Shown here one piece after another: positions 26,487-40,090 of a stretch of DNA of 64,000 nucleotides. The position numbers and the translations under genes are program-made. Origin of the DNA: Antedon mediterranea (lineage: Eukaryota; Animalia; Echinodermata); assembly GCF_964355755.1 (NCBI RefSeq), contig NC_092671.1:23758070-23822069 (forward strand). Direction: 5' to 3'. The notes beneath the pieces are model-generated. The model was not told the DNA's origin and ran no database searches. It was given only the letters and a program-made list of their open reading frames with translations. Positions within the stretch are counted from its first letter, which is position 1; the number at the start of each line of letters is the position of its first letter.

Positions 26487-27197
26487 GTAATTTGTTCCAG
26501 TGATAATCAATGTTCTGTGCAACTGCCAGATGTGTCTTGCTAAAGGCTAATAAAGTGACACCAAAATCAACCAAGATTATGCCGTATGTCAAAAAGGGAA
26601 ATAAAATTTTACTTTGACACATTTCCATTATCTTTGGTTAAAAATTTGACCATACTCCATTCATGTGCAAAAGGATTCTCTCAGGAAACCGCAAATTTTG
26701 AAATCCACCACACAGTGGTCGGAAAAACTAGAAAAAGGATCAAGAACATTAACGTCGCAAACACATTCTGGACAGTTAGTAAACAGTAAATCAATTAGTT
26801 TAGGAGACTAGAGACAATAAGCTACCATTTCAATAAAAGGCAAAAACTATCTGGCTATGTTGACTGCTTTTAACATTCCAATCCTTCTGATATCTAAGCA
26901 TTTTTTTCAGATTTTGTTAAAAGACTATAAAAAAGAAATATTTCTTACAAGAAACGCTGCTCTCTTGTTGATGTAACAGTTTTAAAGATATATTGTCCCC
27001 CTGAAAAATATTTGTTATTTCAAATTTGTTTTTGAATGCATCATTTTATTGTCACATAATAGTTATTCATGTTAACCAATATTTTTTTTGGAACACTATA
27101 ATGTTTAAGCCCACCCATTTTCTCTAATCTTTAATACTTCTTTATTCTAAAAACCTAATTTAATCCAAATTTAAATTACTGTTTTATTTGTTACTAG

Positions 27198-27375
27198 CAT
27201 TCTTGTGTCATTAAACCTACCAGCCTCTATTGAAGATCTTAGTGGTCAAAGTGTACCACAATCTGTTGTTGAAAAATCACTTGCAGTCCAAGCAAAAGGT
27301 GGACTTCATGCACTTGAGAGTATGATGAATAACCTACCAGAATTGCTTACAAGAAACCGAGAAATTATAACTGAA
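27198..27375 (+). CDS. PDCD6IP: ALIX exon 9 (ILVSLNLPASIEDL...NREIITE)
   Basis: actag acceptor, gtgagt donor, 178 nt. Confidence 0.93.
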
Positions 27376-28273
27376 GTGAGTCTTTATTCTCTTGTAATAG
27401 TAGATAATTATTTAGAATCATTTATGAAAAATATACATTTTTTAACACCTGACAACAGACATAGGAACAGGTGACTGAGGAATTATGAATTATGTATCCA
27501 CTCTATATGAGGTTCATGTTTTCCCAAGAATAATTTTAATGCCACACTGGAAAGCATACTCCGTATTGATATCTCATGATCCATTTCACAGACAGAACTT
27601 TAGTTTGTTTCCGAAGAAACAAATCCCACCTTAAATTGTTAGTGACATTAATATTAAACCAACAGTTTAAGGTTATCAACAGAAGAAATTAAATTATAAA
27701 TTATAAAATTGTTATAATAGTAAGGAAGCTTACTCGTCATGTGATGACACCAAATGTGGTCAAGAATTGTTCAGTTGGACCATCCTCTGAATGTTTGATA
27801 TTGTTTGTAAGACTAGCATATCCTGTCTACAAGGAAATAAAACATTGTTACCAGCAACTAGGCATTCAACAGGTGGTATATGCAACAAACATTGAAGTAA
27901 TACTACAAACTGGTTACCATAATTACAATAGGTATTGCTAAAGCCTGTGTTCCTGTCGACGCAAGATGCACGATTGTGTCATTTTCTTTTAATAATGTTA
28001 ATATGATAAATTGACTAATAGCTATACAAATATTGTCCATGGTTGACACCAGAAATTAAGAAGAGCATTATATTTGCTGATCCTATACTCAAATTGCAAA
28101 GCCTTATCGTGTTGAAATTGGCATTTTTGTTGTCACACTGCATAAACATAGGCAGTTGCTGGTTGATTAATGGATTGATTATTTTTAAGCTTACTTTTTT
28201 TTTTCTTGTGTAGGTTCGTCCCACTTTTATTGTAATTTTCTGTTTTATATGTATATATATGCACTGATATATT

Positions 28274-28453
28274 CACTTGCACTGATGAAGGGCTAGTATT
28301 GCCCGAAAGCTCTGCTAACTTTTCTGACTGTTTTACTTTATCGTTTTGATTTAGCTTTTCGCTTTTTTTTTATTTATCTCGATTGAGATCCAGCCACTGA
28401 TACCCACATCATTGTCATTTTTTTTCAGTAATTTGCCTTTGGATTTATATATA
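28274..28453 (+). mobile_element. Penelope-like terminal fragment with hammerhead (28279-28315) in an ALIX intron
   Basis: Same family as 1343-1510; TA-rich flanks; stem II loop TAGTATT. Confidence 0.78.
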
Positions 28454-28899
28454 AAATATTTGTATGCATATTTTTTCCCTTTCTATGATTGATTTCAATA
28501 TAAAACCATATTTGCTTTCATTTACAATTTAAAAAAAAAAATTAATTAAAATATATAGATAAAACATGGTAATTACTAATAAAAGACTATAAACACTCAT
28601 TAAAATCGTACTTTTTGAGAAATAAACAAGCTTACTATTAACATAGAAAAATGTTTGTATGTAACACATTACTAATATTTAATTGATCATTGTTTTATTG
28701 ACTTGTATTACTTGTAATACAGCTATATAATTTAAGTTTTCCGAGCATCTAACCTACCTAACTTAAGCCACTAGCACTGATGCCCAGCCTAGCCGGGCCA
28801 TCATTGGACTTTGTAAATAAATTAAACATATTTTTTAATAGATTTGATACTGATGACCAAATTAATGATGATGTACATAAATTTTATCTTTTCTAAGTT

Positions 28900-30785
28900 T
28901 AGAAAGTACTTAAATGTGTTAAGCCAAACAAAGCAGCAGTGTCAGATACAGTAAGCTTACAGGCAATATTTTAAGATCTTGCTATAACAACATATGCCTA
29001 TTTTTTGTAGATTATATAATTGGTCATTAAGTTATTTTTGTGTTCCACGTATGTGGAAGTACTCTATAACTGCGCCAATAAACAAAGCCGAAGTTTAAAT
29101 GATTACCGTCCGTTTGCTTTAACCCAAATTATTACAAAGTGTTTTGAGAAGTTATTTTAAGATGTATTATTAGTTTATTGAAACCTTACTTTATGTAGCG
29201 TACTGTAGAATTATAGGTGTTGATGATGCAATATCTACTCTCTTGCATGAAATCTATCAAACCTTGGACAAATCAAAACAATATGCTAGAACAATATTTT
29301 TAGATTTTTCTTTGGCTTTCAATTCAAAGAAACCAAAAATACTTAGTTATTGAATAATTAGTGAATATGAATCCCTTCGTTTGGTTATGGATCATTTCTT
29401 AAAAAACAGAATTAAGAATGTTAACGCTGGTGTCCCTCAAGGATACATGTTATCTACATTGTTGGTTACATTATACTCTAGTGATCTTGGGGCCTGTTTC
29501 TGCTGAGCAGGAACAATTGGTTATTAACCGATTATTTTTGGGCAGCAGAAACAGAGGAAAATGAAATAACCGATTAAAAGGACTCAATCCATTGCGTGTT
29601 TTAACCGATTATTTCTTGTTTTAACCGATTATTGCGGAGCAGTTTTTAGCTGCAACACAAATTGGATTATTGATCATACTTTGACCTCTAGAGTATGGCA
29701 ACCCTCACTCACAAAGTATGCTGTTTATTTGCGCGATTGACGACGATCAGCAAAACAATGATGTGGACTGATGAGATAACATTTGATTGTTATTATTTTG
29801 TGGGGGAGAATTATATCGAGGGACTCCAGGATTTTGCATTACAAGTACACCGTTACATCCCACCAGTCCAGGCTAACAATGTTTACATGTCTTTTTTTAG
29901 GCCTGTTGTTTTCGGTAGAAATATATAGCCTAGCTACATGCTAGAGTAGAACCAACGGCGAAACAAACTTTTTCGCCGACGTGCCCTTTTTAATATAACA
30001 TCATTATTCTGTTCTGTTATTCTGTATGTGGTACAGTAGTAGAGTTCAATTTTTAATTTTTAATCCTACTGTACATGTGGGACTTTTAGGCAGTGATAGG
30101 ATGTAAACAAACCAACTCTCATCGGCCTTCCTTAACTTGAACTGCATTGTGGGTATAGATGATGTGATTTTTAAGTGATAATCAATTAACATCGGAGAAA
30201 ATTTTCAGTTGCAAAGGTCAAATAGTTTTAAATTTGTGAACAATTCATTTGATTGGTGTAATAGGAATTGTCTGTAGAAAATGAAAACTTGTTATGGAAT
30301 AATAAAAGATTGTACTTTTTTGAGAAAACTAAGAAATTTTAAGATTGGTAAAGCTGCACTGTTTCAGGCAATGATACAGTCCATATTAACTATTATGTGG
30401 TTTAATAGCTTATCTAAAAACAATTAAAATAATTTACAGAGAATAATAAAAATTACTAAGAAGGTGTAGGATATCTGTGATAAGGCTATAGAGAAAAAGC
30501 TAAAATGTATGATTAATGCAAAATCCCACCCTCTTTTTAATAATTTAAACTTTAGTAAATCCGATCACAATAATTCATTCCTTTAATAAGCAATTGAATC
30601 AATAAGTGTTCTGTATTTTAGAATCTTAACTCAATCATAGTTCATGTCCAGTTTTTACTGTTTTAACCTTTTACTGTTTTTACATATATTAATATTATAT
30701 TGTTTTATGTATGTATTTTTATGTTTTTTAACCTTGGAATACAAATTTCAATTATTATGTATTTGACAATAATTTTGAACTTGAG
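28900..30785 (+). mobile_element. Highly decayed LINE RT relic interrupted by a MITE-like insert
   Basis: KPNKAA, LNDYRPFALTQIITKCFEK, FLDFSLAFN and AGVPQG relics; ttgaacttga tail. Confidence 0.7.
29489..30185. mobile_element. MITE-like insert related to 19622-20015, with TAACCGATT repeats
   Basis: Starts GGGGCCTGTTTCTGCTG, internal GGCAGCAGAAAC, shares TGACCTCTAGAGT and TGCATT.TGGGTA; right boundary uncertain. Confidence 0.5.
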
Positions 30786-30787
30786 CC

Positions 30788-31457
30788 ATGAAATGGTTAT
30801 GATAATATTGGTGAAATGGTTATGATAATATTGGTGAAATGGTTATGATAATATTGGTTAAATGGTTATGATAATATTGGTTAAATGGTTATGATAATAT
30901 TGGTTAAATGGTTATGATAATATTGGTTAAATGGTTATGATAATATTGGTTAAATGGTTATGATAATATTGGTTACATGGTTATGATAATATTGGTTAAA
31001 TGGTTATGATAATATTGGTTAAATGGTTATGATAATATTGGTTAAATGGTTATGATAATATTGGTTAAATATGGTTATGATAATATTGGTTAAATATGGT
31101 TATGATAATATTGGTTAAATGGTTATGATAATATTGGTTAAATGGTTATGATAATATTGGTTAAATGGTTATGATAATATTGGTTAAATGGTTATAATAT
31201 TGATTAAATGGTTATGATAATATTGATTAAATGGTTATGATAACATTGGTTAAATGGTTATGATAATATTGGTTAAATGGTTATGATAATATTGGTTAAA
31301 TGGTTATGATAATATTGGTTAAATGGTTATGATAATATTGGTTAAATGGTTATGATAATTTTGGTTAAATGGTTATGATAATATTGGTTAAATGGTTATG
31401 ATAATATTGGTTAATGGTTATGATAATATTGGTTAAATGGTTATGATAATATTGGTT
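30788..31457. repeat. 23-bp minisatellite (AAATGGTTATGATAATATTGGTT)n, about 29 copies
   Basis: Direct tandem repeats visible. Confidence 0.97.
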
Positions 31458-31705
31458 TCTTGGCATAACCATTTATGCTTCTGATAAACATATAATAAGA
31501 TTGGTTATTTTTACAAGAAATGTAGGAATATTGAATAGATTGAAACATCATTACATTTTCATTCATTTTAAAGAAAAATTTTGTTCCATTCAACATAATC
31601 AATTAATCTGTCAACTTCTGAAAATATTCTTCCCATTTAACATATAAACATTCAATGTTTGTATAATATCTTGCAAATAGAATTATATTACATACTTTTT
31701 TGCAG

Positions 31706-31927
31706 TCCACTAAATTACTTGATGAAGAAGCTGCTAGTGATGCTCAAATGAAAGAAAAATTTGGACAAAAATGGACTCGAACTCCATCAACAAAGTTAAC
31801 AGAAACTTTGAGATCTGAAGCTGATAAGTATAATGCAATACTCAACAATGCTATCCAGGCTGATAATATTGTACGTGAAAAATTTAACAACAACAAGATA
31901 TATATTGATATATTGGGGAAAACAGAG
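31706..31927 (+). CDS. PDCD6IP: ALIX exon 10 (STKLLDEE...KWTRTPS...GKTE)
   Basis: tgcag acceptor, gtaaga donor, 222 nt. Confidence 0.93.
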
Positions 31928-32113
31928 GTAAGAAACAACATCCCAATTGTAGTAGCTAAAATATCTGTGTCAAGTCTTTTATTCTCCAATAGCACTTTAT
32001 GTATGTTTACGGGTCCCATTCGACAGCAATTTAGTTTTTGGGATGCCCTGTCTCATGTTTCTTGTTTCTTTCTGCTATTTTTAATAGCCACCATTGTTGA
32101 ACCTTTGTACTAG

Positions 32114-33127
32114 TTGGTTATCCGCACTTGGCGGATAACCCCTTGTTATTGTCAGGATCTTTTTTTTCTATGTTCTTCTTTCTTTCCACGATTTTTGTTC
32201 GCAGCGTATCTCTAATTCTGGCCAACATATGATTGTATAACTTTGTCAAAAGATTGCCCTGTAGCTGTAGATGTGCAAGAAACTTTTTTTTTCAAATTTC
32301 GAGTCGCGCAGCGTAAGTTACGCGCGATTTTGTGAATTTAAATGATTGATCATAGAATAAAAACTAAAAGTCCCTTTGTATTGAAACTTGGTGAAAATTT
32401 AAGTCATATAATGCGCAAACCTTCTATGGATTAAAAATGGCATGTTTCACAAAAAGTTACGCGCGCACGCGCGTTTAAAATTTCAAAATGCGAAAAATCA
32501 ATTTCTGATCAATTTTCTACGCGTTTCAGGTCATTTTAAGAATTTCAAAAATTCCCAGGCGTGCGCAACTTTTTTACCTTTTTTAAAACAGTCATAGATT
32601 GTAAACTATGAGGTGAACTTTTTTAAAATTACACATTCTGGAAGTTGATGAGTTGGAGATATCGAATCATGCATCGATATGGCTAACCGGACATTGTGAC
32701 ATCATCGTTTGGCCACTCGAATATGAAATATAGGATTTTTGTCTCTTTCGTCATAGCTCGTCACATTTAATAGAGCGCATCTCCACTTATCCGTATTCCA
32801 TTTCTCCCCATTTTTTTATATTGTCTAATTCAATCAATTACCTTTCGCATGATTTACGATTTTAAAAATTTGGGATGACGTCATCATGTTCAAATGCGTC
32901 AATAACTTTGGTCACTTATTTTCACCTATTCTGCACTGTATGTAGTACGTATACAATATATAGTGTATACCGTATATACTTAGACGCGACGCAAAATAGA
33001 GAACGCACTAACATTTTTTCAATGGCATAATCGTTTTTCTGCGCGCAATATTCTAACGTATGACGTGCACGTGGCTTTTGCGCTGCGGATAACCTAACTC
33101 GTCCGTAGTGACGAGTTCAAATCTAGT
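32114..33127 (+). mobile_element. Helentron/HINE-like element, family B
   Basis: 5' hairpin GGTTATCCGC-ACTTG-GCGGATAACC; 3' GCGGATAACC, hairpin AACTCGTC..GACGAGTT, CTAGT. Confidence 0.75.
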
Positions 33128-33344
33128 CTTGTTTTGAGACAACAAAATATGCCTTTGTTGGCCTTTCATTAACAGGGTCCTTAACCACGATTTTTTTTTT
33201 TTTTAATTTACTTTTTTGTTATGCTTGTCGCAGATAAGATGTAACAAAAAGGTAACTTGTATTCAACCATTATATAAGAATCACCATTTTTTATCTTGTA
33301 CTACCACACTGAACATTACACTTTTACTTTTTTCTGATTTAAAG

Positions 33345-33504
33345 GCAGAATTGTCCAAAGCATTGCCCGCAGCTAATGCAGCATCAGCTTTAAAGGACAG
33401 CCCAGTTGTCAAAAAGTTGAGAGAATTTATGGCAGAAGTTGATGCAATTAAAGCTGAAAGAGAAGTTATGGAGTCTGAGTTAAAAGGTTCAACCTTCAAC
33501 ATGA
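33345..33504 (+). CDS. PDCD6IP: ALIX exon 11 (AELSKALP...STFNM)
   Basis: aaag acceptor, gtaagt donor, 160 nt. Confidence 0.9.
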
Positions 33505-34229
33505 GTAAGTACCTACCTATTTTACGCCTTTCATATTGTGATTGGACACTTGCATTTTCCATCGCCGTTTAGCTAAAAAAAAGCGCGTTAATCAGATTTT
33601 CTTTTGTTGTAGCATTCTAAAATCGTCAGACCGTTTGGAAAATGGACAATTACGAATCGCTTCGTGTAACGTCGTTTGAAACTGCGTTTAACAATTTGTT
33701 TCAGTTTGCCTTTTAAGAGAAACTCTGAATTGTATTCCGGGGATGCCGATCTCAAGCATCATTTTAAAACGTTTATAAGTTCGTAACCTCAATAAATAAT
33801 TTAATATTAATAATAAAGAGGGCCTGGAATGTTTTTTAATCGCTTTCTTTTACATTTATAGTCTACTGAAAATATCAATAGGAAGTTCCTACGATGAATT
33901 ACAAACAGTTTAGACAATAGCAACACGATATGCCAGTGGTCGGTAACCTTATTTAGATCGTTAAAAAGATGACTGATCATTAATTTAATTCATTTAATGT
34001 TTGAATCTAATTTTGTACTTTATTTTATTTTGTTTATCTTTATAAATTTGATTTATTTTAATTTAATTTTTATTGTTACACGTTGTTATTATATGTCTCG
34101 TCATATTGTATTTTTGTGAAGTTTTGTGAGTGATCAGCTTCAGCTGGATGGACCACCTTTGTAAAATATTGTTTAAAATAAATATATAAATCATTGGCTA
34201 TTTTCCGTTGCACAAAGGCCTAGTTGTAT

Positions 34230-34790
34230 TAATTATTATTATTATTATACTGAGTAGTGTATTTTGTTTATTGAAAGTGTTGTGTAGTTGATGGAAATGT
34301 GTGTGTCCATATCATATTTGTGGTATTGAAAGGAAAGTTAAGTTGAATATTGTGTGGGTATATGTTGGAGATGGATTTAATGAGATCAAGAGAGTTTATT
34401 TTAGGGTTGTTGATGTTTAATGCGCCGTAGTCTATATATCGGGTAATAAGAAATTCGAAGGGTTAAGTTGAAATCTGTTCTTTAAAGTGGTAAGGAAGTC
34501 TAGTTCGTTCAAGAGGAGGGTTAAATTAGCAATTTGGACGCTATGGTATGGTCCCATAATAATACCTTGTACTGTATCTGTATATAGAGGTCGTCTCCTG
34601 CTTTAAAATAAGTGTTAGTATTAATAATCTTGTTTAATTTAGTAAGGTATAATTTGGTTTCATTGTTAAAGTTAAAAGGTTACAAGCATTAATAATGGTG
34701 CCATTGGTATTTTGAATTGTTAGGTTAATGTAAAGACTTTCAAAGTCCCATGTAATGAAGAATTGAGTATCAGAATATTTGGTTGTGTCT
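34230..34790 (-). mobile_element. Degenerate Penelope-like reverse transcriptase fragment
   Basis: Reverse strand encodes WDFESLY, QGIIMGP..S.QIANL and TRYID relics. Confidence 0.65.
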
Positions 34791-35231
34791 TCACTTCATC
34801 AAGGCTTCTATGAATGGATGACGAGTTGGGAGCAGGAACGCTAGTAGACCAAACCCAGTACCGTTTTGATTACGATCTTGCAGGAAATTACCTCACGATG
34901 TTATATAGGCCTAGGTGCCGACATAGGACTCTATTTGGAATGTACCATCAAGTCATTTTTTGTATTCAAAATCTACAAATAAACTTTTCCTATTTCTACA
35001 TCCTAAACTACTTTTTTATTTTTCTACCATCATACCTTTTATATTTTCCCCCTTCATCTATTATACGACATAAACAGCATTACACGAGCATTTCATTCTA
35101 TTCGCATACGCACTTTTATTGAACATAATTTAAACCAAACCAAATCATACGATAAGACATCAGCTGATTCAGTTCAAAACCAGTTTTAAGGTAAACATTT
35201 TAAATTTAAATTATTTATGTTCTATCCACTC

Positions 35232-35912
35232 TGTCATGTGGTACTTCGAGTCGGTAACAAAAGACACAACACGCCATCGGTATGCTTCCAATTTATTTAT
35301 TCTTGGATCTTCACCTTAGGAGCCTCCAAACTATAACCTTTAAAGTTTATGGCTTCCCAGCTCCTGAGGCTACCTACAATATAATCATCCCAACAACTTG
35401 CTAGATAATAATTGGTACATATGAAATAACAATAATAATATACACATAAATTACGATATATCTAACTACGACGTCCCTCGGATCGGCATAGTATATGGCC
35501 TGTCACAAATCCAGGCACTGTATATAGTTTAATGACTGCCTAACCAATTATACAAGAGTAATACAAATTAACTAAATGAAAGGCATAAATAAATACTACT
35601 AGGACGTTGCTTACTGCTTCAGCAGCCACTCCGAGCTTGCCTCTTACAAGTTCCTAGCCTGATCCTTGATCATATCAGCTACGGTTAACTTCGTACTTCT
35701 CTCTACTTGGGATACCTGGGCACAACTCTCCTTCTCATCAAGGCAACGCCCTACTACCTAGTACCCTTTACTGTGTCCCCTAACTTTGCATATTCATTTG
35801 AATAATTTTAATTAATGTGATGCCCTCTAGCGGTCTAGAACCTCTTAAATTACTGTATACGGTAAATAGAAAAAAATAAAAAAAAAAGATAAAACCATTA
35901 TCAACTGTGACA
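35232..35912 (-). mobile_element. Probable solo LTR (about 680 bp)
   Basis: TGTCA...TGACA termini, flanks CACTC/CACAC (5-bp TSD, one mismatch), AATAAA on the minus strand near 35295. Confidence 0.55.
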
Positions 35913-36790
35913 CACACTACCATTTTCATATAAAGATATTGTGGAACCACATCAGGTCAAGTTCAATATTGAATATCGAAACGTGGCAGGCTATAGACCC
36001 TAGACCTTTGACAAGATCGCCTAAAATTTATAAATTAAACTTACGATACTTATTATTGTATATTCAGGAATAGCCGCTCCATAATCCCTTTGCTTTACTA
36101 CTTTATCTTTTTAAATTATGAAATTTATACTAACAAATATCATGTTTATTAATATTATAATCATAACAATTATTAAAAATATGTATAAAATAATATGGAT
36201 TAACCAAAACTACATGGATAAACCAATTTACCGCATCACAATATAATTGATATACAAGATCATTGCATCCAAATACCATCTTCATCTTCCTATCTATAAT
36301 AATGCGGAACATCAATTCAATATAGACTTTGACACACATCTACACTAATGTAATATTTCAATCTTCTATCGATTAAAGCCGTATAGTAAATTGTATAGTA
36401 TAGTCGTTATCTCGGGACCATTCTATAGTCAGCACCAGGTAGACTTACTTCATCAAGGCTTCTATGAATGGATGACAAGTTAGGAGCAGGAACGCTAGTA
36501 GACCAAACCCAGTAACGTTTTGATTACGATCATGTGGGAAATTACACATAAATGATTAATTGAATACAATGTGATAACCTAATGCAAGATTTTATTTTTG
36601 GAAATCACAAACATCTTATTGCTTCTCAATTACTACAGTCTTAATAAGTTCCATTTTGTCATCATTCAAGTAACTTCAACAATCATTTTATAGCTTAATT
36701 GTGATGGATTCAGAAGTAGAAGGTAACCCTAAACGTGTTTAAAGATTATTTTTTGCTTTTAGTGATCTATTACATTGTATTATGTTGCAG

Positions 36791-36939
36791 GTAGTGCTTT
36801 CCTATCTTCATTGGCTAAGGATGGTGCTATTAATGAAGATGTCATTTCCAATCAACAGTTGGATCAAGTTTATGGACCTCTTGTGGAACAAGTTCAAGAT
36901 AGTTGTAGACGCCAGGAAATTCTTCTTTCTAACATACAA
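36791..36939 (+). CDS. PDCD6IP: ALIX exon 12 (SAFLSSLAKDGAINE...LSNIQ)
   Basis: tgcag acceptor, gtgagt donor, 149 nt. Confidence 0.92.
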
Positions 36940-37124
36940 GTGAGTGCTTCTAGATTACTGTATTTCTGCCCTTTACTTATATGACCATGTTTATGATGGC
37001 ATCAATTTGCAGAAAAAAATTGTTTTCTTTACCGAATATGGTTGACTTGACTTGACCAATGACTATTGAACAATTAATTAGAATTGAATAGATTTGAAAT
37101 AAAGAATTTTTATTCTTATCTCAG

Positions 37125-37259
37125 GATGCAAACACACAATTTAGTTCTGCTAAGCAGACTGATACATCTGCTCAGCAAAGAGAAGAAGTTTTGCGTCAAT
37201 TAGCAACTGGACACAACACTTTTATGGAATTGATATCAAACCTTGAAGAAGGCACCAAG
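37125..37259 (+). CDS. PDCD6IP: ALIX exon 13 (DANTQF...NLEEGTK)
   Basis: ctcag acceptor, gtaaaa donor, 135 nt. Confidence 0.93.
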
Positions 37260-37315
37260 GTAAAAGCAAGTTATTATCTGTATTGTAAATAGTCATAATA
37301 TTTTGAAGTTGCTTC

Positions 37316-39450
37316 TTATATGCGGATAACTCCTTGTTATTGTATTGGATCAATATTTTTTTTTCTGTATTCTTCTTTCTTTCTTTTTTGTGAGTCACGT
37401 TTCTCTAAAATGTGTAAACATAACATTTCATAACTTTGACAACATGTGGACATTTACCTGAAGTTGTGCACCTCCTATTTTTGAAAGACGTCCGAGTTGC
37501 GCAACATGACTTACATGCAATTTTATGAATTTCAATGATTAATCATAGATTATAAACCAAGAGTCATTTTGTATTGACACTTAACAATTTAAGTCATATC
37601 AAGGGCAAACTTTTTATGGATTAAAAATGGCATGTATTTTTTTTTTTTTACCATATTTAATGAGGGTGATCCATCCAGCAATTGCTGATCATTAGGGACC
37701 CTCAGAGACTTCACAAGACAAACATACACAAGATGCTCTACATAAACAAAGTCTTATTACAAGTCTTTGGGAGTGGAGTTGTAATTTTGTTCTTAGATAA
37801 AATTGTGACATTTGACTTCAACCCAGGACCCTTGGAGTGGTAGCCAAGCATCATAACCACCAAGCCACAACTCCATTTCTTTCACAAGAAGTTGCGCGCA
37901 CACACATTTAAAATTTAAAATGTGCAAAATTAATTTCTAATCAACTTTTTACACATTTTACGACCTTTTACGCATATCAAATATTCCCATGCACGCAAAA
38001 TTATTATATACGCGTAAGGTGCGCACAGAGTATGAAAAACGTTTTTTTCTCTTGAATTATATTTTTCAAGTCTTTTCTAGTAATTTTGAAAACAATTTAG
38101 ACCTTTTCCACTTTAAATAACGCCATACGAACATGTTGAATTAGACAATTCGCGCACATTTGATGAAAAAGCTAAAACTATCGTCAAAATTATGTCTTTT
38201 TTAACTAAAGTAAACAGTGAACTAATTACATATTCTAGAAGTTATCGGATCATGCATCAATAAGGCTAACCGGACATTGTGATGTCATCGTATGGCCATT
38301 TGAAAAATATAGGATTTTTGTATCTTTCGTCTTAGCTCATCACATTTAATAGAGCGCATCTCCACTTATCCGTTTTCCCTTTTCACCCCGATTTTGATAT
38401 TGTCTAGGTCAATCAACTATCTTTCGCATGAGTTTAAAATATTTTCTGAAAGCTATTGGATTGTAGATACGAATTCATGTTGCCAATCAGATGTTGTGAC
38501 GTCATCATATGGCCAGTTGAATAAAAAAAGACGTATTTTCATTTTTTGTGTCATAGTTCATCACATTTAAAAGAGCGAGCATCTATATTTTACGTATTCA
38601 AATTTCTTCTACACGTTAATATGTTGTTCTGGAATTGCTATCTTAGTGTTTTATTTTGCTACCGTCGCCATGTTAAAAATAGGAATAAATAGCAGGTCCC
38701 GGAATTTCACATATTCTACACTGTATGTAATATGTATACAGATTATACTGTTTATACTTTATATACTATATTACACAAAATTGATAGAATTCAGCAACAT
38801 ATCATATTCTTCAGATCAGGTCATAATGCTATAATCTTATTCTGTGTTTGTCGTGCGGATAACTACCTCGTCAAATCTAGTTCTTCTTTCTTTCCACCCT
38901 AATTTTGTTTGTCGCGTTTCTCTAAAACGTGTAAACATTTCGTAACTTTGTCAACATATCAACATTTACATGAAGTTATGCACCTTTTATTTTTGAAAAA
39001 CGTCAGTCAGAGTGGCGCAACGTGACTTGCGGTCGATTTTATGATTTTAAATTATTGATCATAGAATAAAAACCAAAAGTCAGTTTGAATTGACACTTTA
39101 ATAATTTAATTCATATCAAGAGTCAACTTTCTGTGGATTAAAAATAGCATGTTTCCCACAAAGTTACACATGTACACACATTAAAAATTTTAAAATTAAT
39201 TTCTAATCAATTTGATATATGTTACATAAAATTTTGAGCATTTCAACATTTTCAATTTTTGTGGGCGTTGCGAGCACGCACACGTGTGCGCACAACTCGT
39301 ACATAGCATAGAAAGGCCATTTTTGCAATTGATTTTTGTTCTTCATACCTTCTTTGATAGATTTCATTTATTTTTATGAATTTTAATTGCAGAATAATGA
39401 CGCGCATGCATGTTAAACTTTAAAAACGGTGCGCTTAAAAATTGCAAATT
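37316..39450 (+). mobile_element. Decayed HINE family B-like copy (to about 38882) followed by a partial second copy
   Basis: GCGGATAAC at about 37322 and 38856; internal blocks shared with 32114-33127. Confidence 0.55.
37637..37875 (-). mobile_element. tRNA-derived SINE inserted into the HINE
   Basis: Minus strand begins GGAGTTGTGGCTTGGTGG...GGGTTGAAGTC (A/B-box-like) and ends in a GAGGGT..ACCCTC hairpin plus A-tail; similar tail at about 62455-62510. Confidence 0.55.
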
Positions 39451-40090
39451 CAATGCAAATTTATTAAAAAATAATAATTGTGTTTTTGGTTAAACTGCAT
39501 GTTTTTATGTATCTATGCTTAAATGTGGACTCCAGGAATAAAATGTCTCTTATGAGAGGTGAAAAATGAAAAAAAGCACAAGACTGTCAAACTTTGCACA
39601 GCTATATGTAGCACTATATAGTGCAGGATTGGTTATAGATAAAAAATAACATATAATATAGCTGTAACTGAATACAAATGAGCCAGACAAAACACAACGA
39701 TATTATTAAATTTTGTGATAGTTGATAACAAAATTTGAAATACAAGCAAAGCTTATTTTAGCCTAACCAAGGCAGAAATGCCAAGAAGCTCAAGAATATT
39801 AATCACCAGAGCAGCCTATTTCTAAATCAATAACAGCCATCCTGATAACAACATTGAACACTCTCAGTCTCAGTCATATCTTGCCGAATTTTTGGAGAGA
39901 TATACATATTAATTCAAACTAAAAATAATGGCTTTGAAATGAATTAATGGAACAACTCTACAAAACATGAAGTTGTTGGAAAAAAAAATTAGCCTAGAAC
40001 CGTTTTAATTGCCTGGCAAAGTTTCGTAATGAGACCTCTACTTTTTTTGGCATTCTTTGACATAATTAACACTACATATAGTAGGTGTGT

